A stretch of 64,000 bases of DNA from contig CP075493.1 in assembly GCA_021613535.1 (NCBI GenBank), positions 17,236,001 to 17,300,000 of the forward strand, in the 5' to 3' direction. Of this stretch, positions 48,230-59,950 are shown one piece after another; position 1 is the stretch's first letter; each line of letters opens with the position of its first letter. Origin of the DNA: Adineta vaga (taxonomy: Eukaryota > Animalia > Rotifera). The translations under genes were made by a program, and so were the position numbers. A model generated the notes under the pieces. That model saw only the letters and a program-made list of their open reading frames with translations. It searched no databases and was not told the origin of the DNA.

Positions 48230-48992
48230 GAATATTCTCTCGTCAGTCAGAAATTATTAACGAAATTTGGCGGTACTTGAACAAATGTTTCTTCGGTATT
48301 TGGTTATGAATTATTCGAAGGGAAATAATCATCTATATTCACTTATCAATAAAATCTTATTTTCTCTTATTTGCCAATACTTTCTTCGATATATAAGAAG
48401 TAAACCATCATTCATCGAGAATAGAGAAAATGAATGATGTTTTCTAAGTCAATCGATAATTTTAAAAAAAAAACACATAAAAAGTCGTAAACTGGTTAAC
48501 TATAATTATTATTTGTAATCTTTTTCTGTCAATCTTTCTGGATAGATTCTGCGAATATAAATCAAAGGGTGAGAATATCTATATCTTGATGATATTCCTT
48601 CGGAGAACGGTGTTTTTCGAGTATGTGTATTTCGCAATAAAATTCATTTTCCACGAAGAGATAGACAATCACAAAATGTATGTCTTTTCCAAGAGTAGAA
48701 GAACAGAATGAATTTTCCTAGAAAACAATCTTATTTCTAGGTTATAAATGAAATATCATGCGAGGAAAAAACATTCTATTATTTTGTATATCAAGTCATA
48801 GTTGATAAGTAAAGAATGTTTATTCTTGCTCACTTTGTCGTTCTTGTATTTGTCCGCGAAAATTCAAGATAAAAAAGTCAAATGTGAGAATAAAAAAAGA
48901 CTGACTGTTGTGTTAATATTTCATAAGAGAAAAAGATGAATTAAATTCGAATGACAATGAGATCATATGTACCTATTTCGTTACAGTTTCAG

Positions 48993-51202
48993 ATGAATCG
49001 TATAGAACCAACTACGGAAAATTTTACTATTGAACGACGAATGAATTCATCAACGAGTCAACAACAAGAATTAATTGAAAATGTATCATCGAATGAAAAA
49101 ATAACATTAAAACGACATATTGGTCTATTTTCTGGCATTACTTTCATCATTGGCACAATTATTGGTAATAGAATATTGAACATATAGTTTTCTATGATTA
49201 TTGTATTATATTTAGGTTCTGGTATATTCATTTCTCCAAAAGGTGTTCTAAGAGAAACACAATCAATCGGTCTATGTCTAATAGTATGGGTTATATGTGG
49301 ACTTGTAGCTCTACTCGGTAAGATTTCTATTTAGAGAAACAATATTCTTTATGGAATTTAGTTTATTCTAGGGGCATTATGTTATGCTGAAATTGGAATA
49401 ATAATACCGTTGAGCGGTTCTGAATTGGTCTATATGAAAGAAGGTAATCTCACATAAATGGATCATTTTATTTTATGTTTACGTTTTTGTCCATCCGTTA
49501 ACACGATAATTCTTAAAAATAGAAATGAAATTCGCAAATAAGACTATGTCGATTACAAAATTTAAATATTAAATATTTAAAATATAGGAATTGGATCAGT
49601 TCATGCTCGAACTGGTGATATGCTAGCATTTGTTGTTAGTTGGGCAAAAACATTTATTCTTCAACCATCAAGTACTGCTATTCTTGCTCTAACATTTTCA
49701 TCATATTTTCTATCGGGAATTATGGATAGTAAGTAGATAAATAAATCTATTAATTATTATATAATTCATTTAGATTGTGGTCCACCTGATGAATTAGTCA
49801 AAATGGTTGCCATTTTTACTCTTGGTTTGTTGAATTATTCGATTTTATTTTCCCTTATTTTCTATTATATATATTTAGTGATTCTTGGTAATGTAAATAT
49901 ATGGAGTGTTACAGCAGCTAATCGATTAAATATTGTGTTTACTTTGTGTAAAATGATGACAATCTTAGTTATCATTATAGCTGGTCTCGTACGAATTGGA
50001 CAAGGTTATACAGATAATTTTAAAAATTCTTTTCATGGTGAATGAAATTTCTTTTCTCTAAGAAGAGATTCATCATGTTTTCTTTTTCTAAATTGAATAG
50101 GTACAACAAATAAACCGTTAAGAATTGCACTTGCGTTCTATTCAGGACTTTGGGCCTATGCTGGATGGGCTAGTTTAACGTCGGTGACAGAAGAACTCAA
50201 AAATCCTAAAAGGTATTTATATATTTATGTTTAATTAATTGATTATTTAACATATTATTAAGAAATCTATGGTTATCTATTGTTGTGGCTATTCCAACAG
50301 TCATTGTTTTATATATTTTTACTAATATATCGTATTTTACAGTGATGACAAAATCTGAATTACTCAGTTCAAATGCCGTTGCTATGGTATATAAAGCTTT
50401 AACGATTTGAGCGATCTTTATCATATAACTATGTGAAAAGTTCATTAATAATAAATATATTTTTAGACATGGGGAGAAGTTGTATTAGGATCTGTTGCTC
50501 GTATATTACCAATATTAATATCTGTGAGCGCATTGGGTAGTGCTAATGTAACAATTTATTCAAATGCTCGTCATTGTATGGTTAGTGCACGTTATGGATA
50601 TTTACCTGAAATATTTTCATATATTCAAAAACAACGATTAACACCATTACCTGGAATTCTATTTCAAGTTTGTTTATTTATTTATTCAATGAATTTTATA
50701 TTTATTTTGTTTATTTAAGACAATTCTTACGATAATCTATTGTATTCCAAGTGATATTGATGATTTAATCAATTATTTTAGTTTTGTTTCTTGGCTTTTT
50801 CGTGGATTAACATTTGTTGCTGTACTTTGCTGTAGATTTACAAAACGTGATGCTCATCGAGTTATTAAAGTATATTTTTGTCATTAATAAATATAGATAC
50901 AAAAAGAATATCTTTTAGGTTCCTATACCTTTGATTATATTAATGATACTGATATCTATTTATCTTGTAATAGCACCTGTTATATCACGTCCAAATATTG
51001 GATTTCTTGTTGCAGTTATTATTTTATTTCTTAGTTTGATAGTTTATTACGTAATTGTCTTTCGTAAAATAACACCGAAATTTATGAGTAAGATTTCATT
51101 TGTTTTACTAAATTTATTCTTCTTTTCTTTTTAGAAAAATTGACTATGTTTATTGAAATTCTTTTTAATTTAACAAAATCAGAAATCAATATTGAAAAAT
51201 AA
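48993..51202 (+). CDS. SLC7/LAT-family amino-acid transporter light chain (b(0,+)AT-like), multi-exon
   Basis: '[31 protein letters not shown]', 'GALCYAEIG', '[12 protein letters not shown]', '[10 protein letters not shown]', 'ARYGYLPE'; many ~55-nt introns. Confidence 0.92.
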
Positions 51203-51960
51203 GTTTTAAATAAATATTTCTTTCAATCTGATTTAGTTCCTTGAAGTGAACTGTACTCGAACAGGTCATTTCTATCGACAAAAAATCATTTAATCGGCAT
51301 AATTTGTCTTTGTTCTCGCTAATCAATATTTCTTAAAAAGTTGACAATACTTAGAATTTTGAACATGTGTCAGACGCGTTCTCTCACTGTTCGTCTTTGT
51401 GTGAAATCATCATAGGCACATTTGTCGTGTTCGATGCTCTCCTAACCAGTTTTCAATAATAGATATCGTCAAAAGTTTGAAGAAACGTTTACTGTTTTGA
51501 TTCAATTCTTGAAAATATCATTTAATACACAAATGATGCCATCGGTATTGTCTTGCGTGATAGTGTTATTACTGGTTCTCTCCTGTAGTAAAAGCTTTAA
51601 ATCTTTGTAAAATTTTTATTTTTGATAGTGAAGACATATGAATATTTTGGTATTCAAGATGGTATTACGAACAGAAGATTGATACATGACTCTTACAGAT
51701 CCTTACACAAAGTTAAAATTATTCTCGTATTTTATTTTTACTCACGTTTACCTTCAATAAATATTTATATGAACAGAAAGAACAAAATAGAAAAGAAATA
51801 TTTCTTTTTTTTTTACTTCTTCTGTTATCTTAGATGTTTAATATCATATCTTTTGTTTCAAGTCAATCATATAGATATTATCAAGAAGATGAGAAGACAT
51901 CAGATTTAACTATTATCTATAAGAACGATTAATTATAATTCATATTCATTTTTAATAAAA

Positions 51961-52850
51961 ATGAATTTTGAATCATTAGCCAATGAATTATTACTTTATG
52001 TATTTGAATATCTACGAACAAATCATCTTCTTTATCAATATTTTTCTATTTCCGGTATTAATTTTCATTCATTAAATTCTAATGATTCATCTTTAATCTG
52101 TCGAGAATATTTTCCAAGTTTCATTGATAAATTATCTCCATTTAATTTATCAAAAGACAAATATTCTTCTAAACCATTTAATCAATCTTACTCATTTAAC
52201 CCGTCAACGTTATTCTTTACTATATGAGATATATATTTCTACTGATAAATTATCTGCTATTCTTTTTACAAACTGACTATGGAGTCTATCAAAATTGATT
52301 CATTGTTCTGTTAATCAAATTTCTGTACGTGTAGATGATGATGTTATTTATCCACAACCAACAACGATATCATCAAGTTTTACGCATTTACATATTTCGG
52401 GTGAATATAACTCTTTCGATTTGAATCCCATCTATAAAAGTATGCCGAATCTTCAGTATTTATCCATATTCTGTGGAGATTTCACAATAACTAAAGTTCC
52501 AAACTTATCTCTCCAATCGATAACATCTCTTGAGTTGTCCTCAATAATTATTTTATCTGATTTATTAAATACATGTCAACATATGACCAATTTATATCGA
52601 TTGAAATTACAAATTTATATTTATTTCTACTCGATTACCCAATTTGAAAATATTTCATTTTCACCTGAAAGTTTATTTCAAGGATTACAAAAAGATCGAT
52701 GAAGAAATCGAGAAAATACTTCAAAACATTTCGAACTCGATTTTGGCTTGATCAACATCGCTGATTTGTTTCATGTCCTTATTATTTAATCAATAGGCCC
52801 TTTTCTCTTTATACTTTATCGCATGATTTTGACTCTTTTGAGATGAGAAG
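51961..52850 (+). pseudogene. F-box/LRR pseudogene
   Basis: 'MNFESLANELLLYVFEYL' F-box-like start, LRR-like ORF 52295-52702, 'FRTRFWLDQHR*FV' with a stop; frameshifts and deletions. Confidence 0.7.
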
Positions 52851-52866
52851 ACCATTACTTACCAAA

Positions 52867-52939
52867 GGATGTGGGTGTAGGTGTGTTGGGTGTGGGTTAG
52901 TGTGAGAGAAGAAGAGATACACCCACACCCACACCCACC
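52867..52939. repeat. Telomere-repeat hairpin element
   Basis: GGATGTGGGTGTAGGTGTGTTGGGTGTGGG...TGAGAGAAGAAGAGATA-CACCCACACCCACACCCACC; spacer is the exact reverse complement of the spacer in the 59615 copy. Confidence 0.9.
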
Positions 52940-53060
52940 GTATTTAACTTGTGGAATTGGTGTATCGTTAATTCTCCATGAAACTATTACCGTACTTGAT
53001 CCTTGTATTGACACTCGTAGTTGCTCCAGTGAGCTCGTGTATGGACATACAGATTTACTT

Positions 53061-53998
53061 GGAATGCTATGTTTTTGGTCAACAGTCACTTTCGTCGACA
53101 AACATTTCGTCGACAGAGCATTTAGTCTAAAAAATTTCATCGACAGACACTTCGTCGACAGTACAGTTCATCGACATTTATTTCAGTTGATGACGAGAGA
53201 AAAATATAAATTTGTCTTTCAATTAATATTATGTATCTCGTCATCGTTGAACAATCCGTAATAACACTATAAAATAATTGATCATTGGTAATTTTTCTTT
53301 TTCAATCCAAAGATAGAAGGTGTTCTGTTTTGAATAGCTTACTCATTCTGAAGATAATAATAGTTTCACAGTTCTTCGCATAAATCGTACCATTATTGAA
53401 CGATGTATACTTCTGTTTCTCTTCAATCATGGAATGTTTCAAACCTCAGTATTAGAACTAATAATATTGCTGAGGGTGAGATTTTTCTTGATTTGCGATG
53501 TTGTATATAGTTTAAATGCATGCAGGATGGTATAACCGTTTTGCCCATCTAATTGAAAAGAAACATCTGGCATTTCATAAAAGTTCTCCAAAACGAAGAG
53601 GTTTATGTAAAGCAAACTGTTCAACGTGTTAAGATGGGAAAAATAAAGAAAAACGATAATAAAGGTTGTGCAATACAGCAGTGGCTAGATAATTTAACTC
53701 ATCAATACAATAAAAAAGAAATCACGCTCTACGAGTACCTTGAAGGACTTTCACTTTTGATTGCTAAAAAAAGTAGTAATCGTATACATGATCTTCATAT
53801 CTATTTTAAATCTTGATATATTTTGTTATTGTCATTCATTTCTATGTAGTTACTTAGTTGTTTCTTGGATTAAATATATTGTGTGATATGTTATTCAAAT
53901 AAAATTTTCTTTAAAAACCAACTTGATAGTTTTTATCGTTTCGCCTTTTCAACCTTTCTGTTAGAATATTTAGTTGACGAAATGCTGTGTTGATTGAA
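53061..53998 (+). mobile_element. Decayed, internally deleted MULE element
   Basis: TCGTCGACA subrepeat array at the left end. Transposase 3' remnant 'SWNVSNLSIRTNNIAEG/WYNRF..IWHFIKVLQNEE...EYLEGLSLLIAKK' is frameshifted and homologous to the adjacent intact copy. Confidence 0.75.
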
Positions 53999-56184
53999 TT
54001 ACATATCATTCGTCGACAACATTTTGTCAACAAGTTTTCGTTGACAGACACTTTCTCGACCGATATTTCGTCGACTAGTCGTTTCGTCAACAATCAATCT
54101 TTTGTCCTCATGGTTGTATATTTACTTTATCAATAAAACTAAACTCATAATCCAATTTTGCACTGAGCAAATTGATGAAAAGTGTTCCTCTTTTGGAACG
54201 TAACAAAAAAGAGATCAATGTAACTTTCTTTGTTCTAAACTACAAGTATTTTGCCACTAATTGGCTCAAGTGTCGCTCGCTGATAGATATAGCGTCGGTC
54301 AATCGACTTCTCTTATTATATTTACAAATTCTTCTTCACTTTCTTCTTCATTATGGCAACTCGCACGGTTACCCTCAAGTTTAGTGTGACGACAAAAGGC
54401 AAGCGGGTGGTTCTCTATGATGGATACATTTACACATTGAACCAGAATCGTGCGACAGTGAAGTACTGGCGATGCGAAGATCGCACCTGCTCTGCTTTTG
54501 TTCATACCGACGGTAACAATAACTACAAAGCGCACACGGGCACTCACAGTGGCCATCTGCCCTCGCCTGAGCGAATCGAACTTCTCGAATTTAAGAGAAA
54601 AGTGAAGAAACGAGTAATCAATGAGACAACGCCGATTGCTCGTATCTACGACCAAGAGCTCGCAGCGGCAAAGCTCAGTCAAACTGCGTTAGCGTTGGCT
54701 CCTGCTGCTACAGACAGTCGTAAGTATCTTCTTCTAAATTCTGTATTTATGTTTCATTCGACTCAATGTTTAGAGCCGTCTCTGTCTCGTCTTCGTCGAC
54801 AAACGACACCAGCTCTTCCCACTTCAAGTGGTTTTGACATTCCTGACAAATACAGGCAAACTCTCGCTGGCAAACCGTTCCTTCTCAGCGATACACTGAT
54901 CCGCGGAAAGAGAATGCTGGCATTCGCCAATGAATTACAATTGGTGATCCTATTTAAATCGAAACATATCTTCATTGATGGCACCTTTTTCGTCTGCCCG
55001 CCATTCTTTGACCAGGTCTTTACTATTCATGGAGTGCACCACGAGCATGGTGAGTTTTCACTCCACTCGTTGATTTATGTATGTAACATTTCGTTTCATT
55101 TTAGTTGTGCCCTGTGTGCTCGCTCTACTTCCTGGTCGATCTGCTACTGTCTACAAACATCTATTCCAGCTGCTCGATGACCAAGCCGCAGATTTTCACA
55201 CATCCTTCGAACCTGAAGCGATCACGAGCGACTTCGAGAGTGGTTTGATCAAGGCTGTGAAACAACATGTATGTTCCCTTACTCTTTTTACTTTAATATT
55301 TACTTTTTTCGCTTTCTATTTCTTGCAGTTCCCGATGTCTCGACATATCGGATGCTACTTTCATTATACTCAGAGCATTCATCGGAATATACAGACGCTT
55401 GGACTATCGACAGTCTATAAAGATGACGAAGAAGCTCGCTTTATCTGTCAACAATTAATGGCACTCGCTCTTTTGCCATTGAACAAAGTTAAGCCTGCGT
55501 TTCAGTCACTTGCCAACAATCATCCTGAATCGCTGGATGAGCTGTTCGAGTATTTTGAAACTTTTTGGATGAAAACCACGTCTATCGATTTGTGGAATGT
55601 GTTTGATCTCAAAACGCGCACGAACAACAATGCAGAGGGTAACACTCTTTCTTTCACCTGTATTCATCACACTCGAAGATAGTTCATTTAGGCTGGCACA
55701 ACAGATTTGCTCGTCGTATTGACAAGAAACATCCCAATATCTGGCATTTTATCCGTGTTCTTCAAGAAGAAGAAGTTCACTTCAATCAAAATGTCCAGCA
55801 CGTGCGCATGGGGATAAAAAAGGTGTATGGACAACGAACATGTCGCATGCAACAGTGTCTCGAAACTCTTGCGGATCGATTCAAGAAGAAACAGATCGGC
55901 CTCATGGACTACATTCAGGGCCTCTCGCTCCTCGTTGCGAAGAAAAAATGACTTCGAGCGAAACCAGCACAGTTCATTACTTCGTGATACTGCTTTTTGT
56001 TATTCTTCTTGTTATTTATGTTCTGTCTTTATGATGAGAATATTTGTTTTTTCTCTCCTCTATCTACTTAGTCAAGTCAATAAAATGCAGGTTGTTACTC
56101 ATTGAACACCAATACTGTCTCCTCTAATATTAGGCAATAAAATATCTTGTCGACAAAATGTTGTCGACCAAAAACATAATTACC
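53999..56184 (+). mobile_element. MULE (Mutator-like) DNA transposon, apparently coding-intact
   Basis: GTCGACAACATTTTGTCAACAAG (~54012) inverts to CTTGTCGACAAAATGTTGTCGAC (~56147); contains the transposase gene; exact ends and TSD unresolved. Confidence 0.8.
54353..55951 (+). CDS. MULE transposase with an N-terminal FLYWCH zinc finger, 5 exons
   Basis: Exons 54353-54719, 54774-55049, 55105-55268, 55329-55638 and 55692-55951 splice in frame. Motifs YWRC..C...H..H, FIDGTF, TSDFE, CYFH, TNNNAEGWHN. Confidence 0.92.
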
Positions 56185-56627
56185 GTAATATTTATCCGAA
56201 ATCGTCGAATGACTTGAATTTGTTATAAAAAAAAGGATTTATTCTCAATGTTTGTATATACAAGAACTGTATTGAACCAGTCTTTTCTTTAAGATTATTT
56301 TCTTTTTCTCGATCCAGTATGTCATTCTGAATCGTTTCGTAAGAAGAACATATTGTCGTTTTTTATTCGAAATTGAATAAATGTTTGATTCTTCATGTAG
56401 GGCTTTTGCAAGTTTTACGCTGACATTTATGTTAATTTTTTGTTGTATCTATTTAAGAGCACGTGAACAGGAAGCAGCAATGTTTCTGAAGAAAAAAGAT
56501 ACTATCTGATGTTATTCAAACTGCGGCAAGTTTGAATGTTTACGATTATAAAAGCGATTGTGAAGATATTTTTTAAACAAAGTAGAGCATGTTTTGCAAG
56601 AATAAAGAACACGATTAGAAAAGAAAA

Positions 56628-57865
56628 TCACTGTGGATTAGACAATTGTCCAGAGAGAAAAAGCCACTGCTTGAATTTATCACTGAGAACCAGTATAAGC
56701 GACGAACTGATACTGCGGTACATGTTTGATAGGTTACCCTTGAAAAAACCCAATGGACCTTCGATTAAGGCTATTTTACGAGCACAATCCCATGCATTCT
56801 TATAGACGACATCGTGGCGACCACTTTGCATCATCAGACGACTAAAAAAACAAAATCAATAGAAAGTGCAGTCAGGCAGCATTTTGTGACTTACCGTCGA
56901 ATTGTATCTATTGGATAGGCAATACATTCCGCTGATGATGTAGTAAACTGTGCACAGAGATATAAATAAAGGATATGTGTAGTTGGATCATCATCAAACA
57001 AAAATTGCTTTCCTTCGAAAAAAACAGAATAGATATATTCTGTAAATCATTAAATCACTTTCATACCAGCATCGTAACCACCAAAATAGAATGCTCGATA
57101 AACAAAAATACCAACCACACTGATGCTGAAACCTCGATAAACACCTGAAATGCCATCAGCTTTCCAAGTTTTTGCAAGACAATCAGATGTGCCTTTAAAT
57201 TGTCGTTCATTGGCAAATTTACCGATATCGACAGCGAGACGTGTCCGAGCAAACTCCAAAGGATAGAGAAAGAGCGAACCCGTGGCACCTGCCATACCAC
57301 CGGCCAATAGATTGCCGAGAAAAAACTTGCATGGGTTCAATTGTGGATTGTAATTGGCGAATATGCTTTCATAACGATCTTTGCAGACAAAATTCATCGC
57401 TTGCTTTAAAGAAAAAAAAAGATGCAATGAGAATAATGAAGAAACAAAATCAGTGAAGAAATGTACCACAGGAAAATAACGCAAAACGCTCGCCCAATTG
57501 CCACGCCATAGAGATAAGACTCCTTCCTCTTGAATACATCGAATCAAACAATCACTGAATCCTTTGTATTTTCGTCCCATGACAATCTTTGGATTGATAT
57601 CTTGAGTTTGTAGTAAAAGCTTTACGCGTTCCATAGGTGCAAATGCTGTTTTCGAAACGACTCTCTATACTCAGAACGAGAGAATATTCAGTGAGAAAAA
57701 AAATTGAAATAATTACATACCGCTAAAATCGAGAAATACAAGAGTAAAGACAAGTCAGATACATCCTAGAATTGTGAACGAACCTGTTCCACCCGCCAGA
57801 AATATCAATACGATATCTTTTGTAGTAGCCGTCGGTTGGTTAAGACTTCCTTTTGATTCATCCAT
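56628..57865 (-). CDS. ADP/ATP translocase (SLC25A4/5/6-like mitochondrial carrier), divergent
   Basis: 'FLAGG', 'APMERVKLLLQ', 'LWRGNWASVLRYFP', 'YPLEFARTRLA', 'YRAFYFGGYD', 'DTIRRRLMMQSG'; introns at about 57783-57723, 57720-57665, 57466-57404, 57066-57013 and 56894-56842. Confidence 0.92.
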
Positions 57866-59614
57866 ATCAATCTACAACAAATGGCTAAGTTATTAAATTT
57901 TGATTTTTTACATCAAAACAGTGCGCATTGCTCGATCTAATTTGTGTTTCCCTCATGTACTTGAGAATGTGTCGAGTATATGTGGAATCAATCTTCATAG
58001 GCACACGAGGAAAAACTTACGAGGTTACAAAAATCGTCGACAGAATATCTATGATCTGAAAACGTAAAATTTATCGCTAATTAAGAAACAGACTTTAGCT
58101 AATCATATTTCAAGACGACATTTTTTTGCTCGTATTTTAGTAATGAGATATATTGCTGATGGATCTGACAATATGTAAATCAAGTGCGCTATACAATTTC
58201 ATGTATCGATCATAAAAAAGACACATATATATGATATCGTAGTAATATTTCTACCAGTTCTCATTGTAGAGATTACAACTTAGTACCAAAAGAGTCCCTG
58301 TTCAAGTTCTCTACAAAAGCGTAAAGAACAAAGTATATACAGATTGTAATCATGACATTATAGGTGGACGATATTCTTGTGTCATACAGATGACCATCTT
58401 TCTAAACTTCTTTTCTTATTTTTTTCTCAAACATTTTGAGTACGATTATAGTTCATAAAAATGTAAACACAATGGAAATACTCTCATATGCACTCTCAAG
58501 ATGTAAGGAAAGAAAGAGAGAAGATGTACAATCATCGAGATTGTTATAGTAAACATCTCTAAATATATTCTTGCAACTAGACTGTCAGACAGTATAATTT
58601 GATATTTTTTTCTAACTTTTTGTCATACCTGAAGAGAAATTAAATCCATGTCGAATAACTAGTTTTTATAGAATAGAGAATGCTCAATTTAATATTGTAT
58701 TGCAAATTGAATTGCACATGGTTTTTGTACTAAAATATAGATTTTTATTTCAAAAAAGACCATTCAATTTGATCGTGATTACCGTCTGACTACTTTCTGA
58801 TAACAAACAAAAACTTTCTTAAACTACTCTTTCTGTTGAGATACAATAAACCTAATGTATTTAATAATAATAACGTCAAAAGAATTTAATTCACGTCTAA
58901 TTTTCTTAATACATTTCAGCACATATAATATTAAATACTTTGAAAACACAACATTTTTTTGATCTTAGATTTGTCCTTAAAAAATATGTTTCATGTGAAA
59001 CTTCTAGTATATAATTTGCTCTTTACTAATAAAACAAAATATAAACTTGTTTCCAAACTAATAAGATTTTTGTACTATTTATTAGTTGATCTGTCAAAAG
59101 CATACGTTGAAAAGTGATCATCTGTAAGACACAACAGTATTGACCACCTATAATTACAAGTTAAACATACTTAGTTCTTACAGTACTGTAAACAATTGAA
59201 CGAGACATCTTTGGAAGCTAATTTGAAGTCTGTACAATGAGAATTAGCAGAAATATTATCAAAACATTGACGATCTTATTCTTTATAACATACTCGATAC
59301 ATCTACACATAAGGACGAAAAATACAAACACGTTTCATATCAAAAATGAATATTGAGTAGAAATTTTTTCTTTTCTTTGATCATTTAAGCACATTTCTCT
59401 TGCAATACATCTTGTAGATATGCTTCAGTGGAGTCTAAATATTGTCCGTCGATAAAAGTATAGCTGCATATATTGTGACGATTTTTTGTAGAAGAAGTAC
59501 ATGTGCTGAGGATATTATATTTTTCTTTATTTCTTCTACTCAAGAATGGCATCGTTTACACACATAAAATATACAGTTATATAGGCAATCAGAAGAGAAA
59601 GATATAGATGGGAT

Positions 59615-59659
59615 CTTGAGGGTGTGGGTGTATCTCTTCTTCTCTCACTCACACCCTCT
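59615..59659. repeat. Telomere-repeat hairpin element
   Basis: CTTGAGGGTGTGGGTG-TATCTCTTCTTCTCTCA-CTCACACCCTCT. Confidence 0.9.
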
Positions 59660-59950
59660 TTATACTATAGAAATCATTTTTATTAATGACACAGTCAGTT
59701 TTCGATTATTAGACGAAATCTAATATGTTCAAACAAACCTTTATTATAGACAGATTCTCAATGAGAATCGTACAGATCTGATAAGAATACTTCTCTGTAT
59801 AACTCAACAAACAGTGAGAGGAAAAAACAAAAGGATATTTCACTGGATATTCTTTTCTTTTCATTAACTTTTTTCATTAGACAATTCTATTATATTGTGT
59901 ATCAAATATATTCTTTATTTCTCTAAAGAATTCGAAAGAAAAGAATAATT

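Noticed and set aside
53090-54090. TCGTCGACA repeat arrays as CRISPR or iteron sites
   Set aside because: They are subterminal repeats of MULE TIRs
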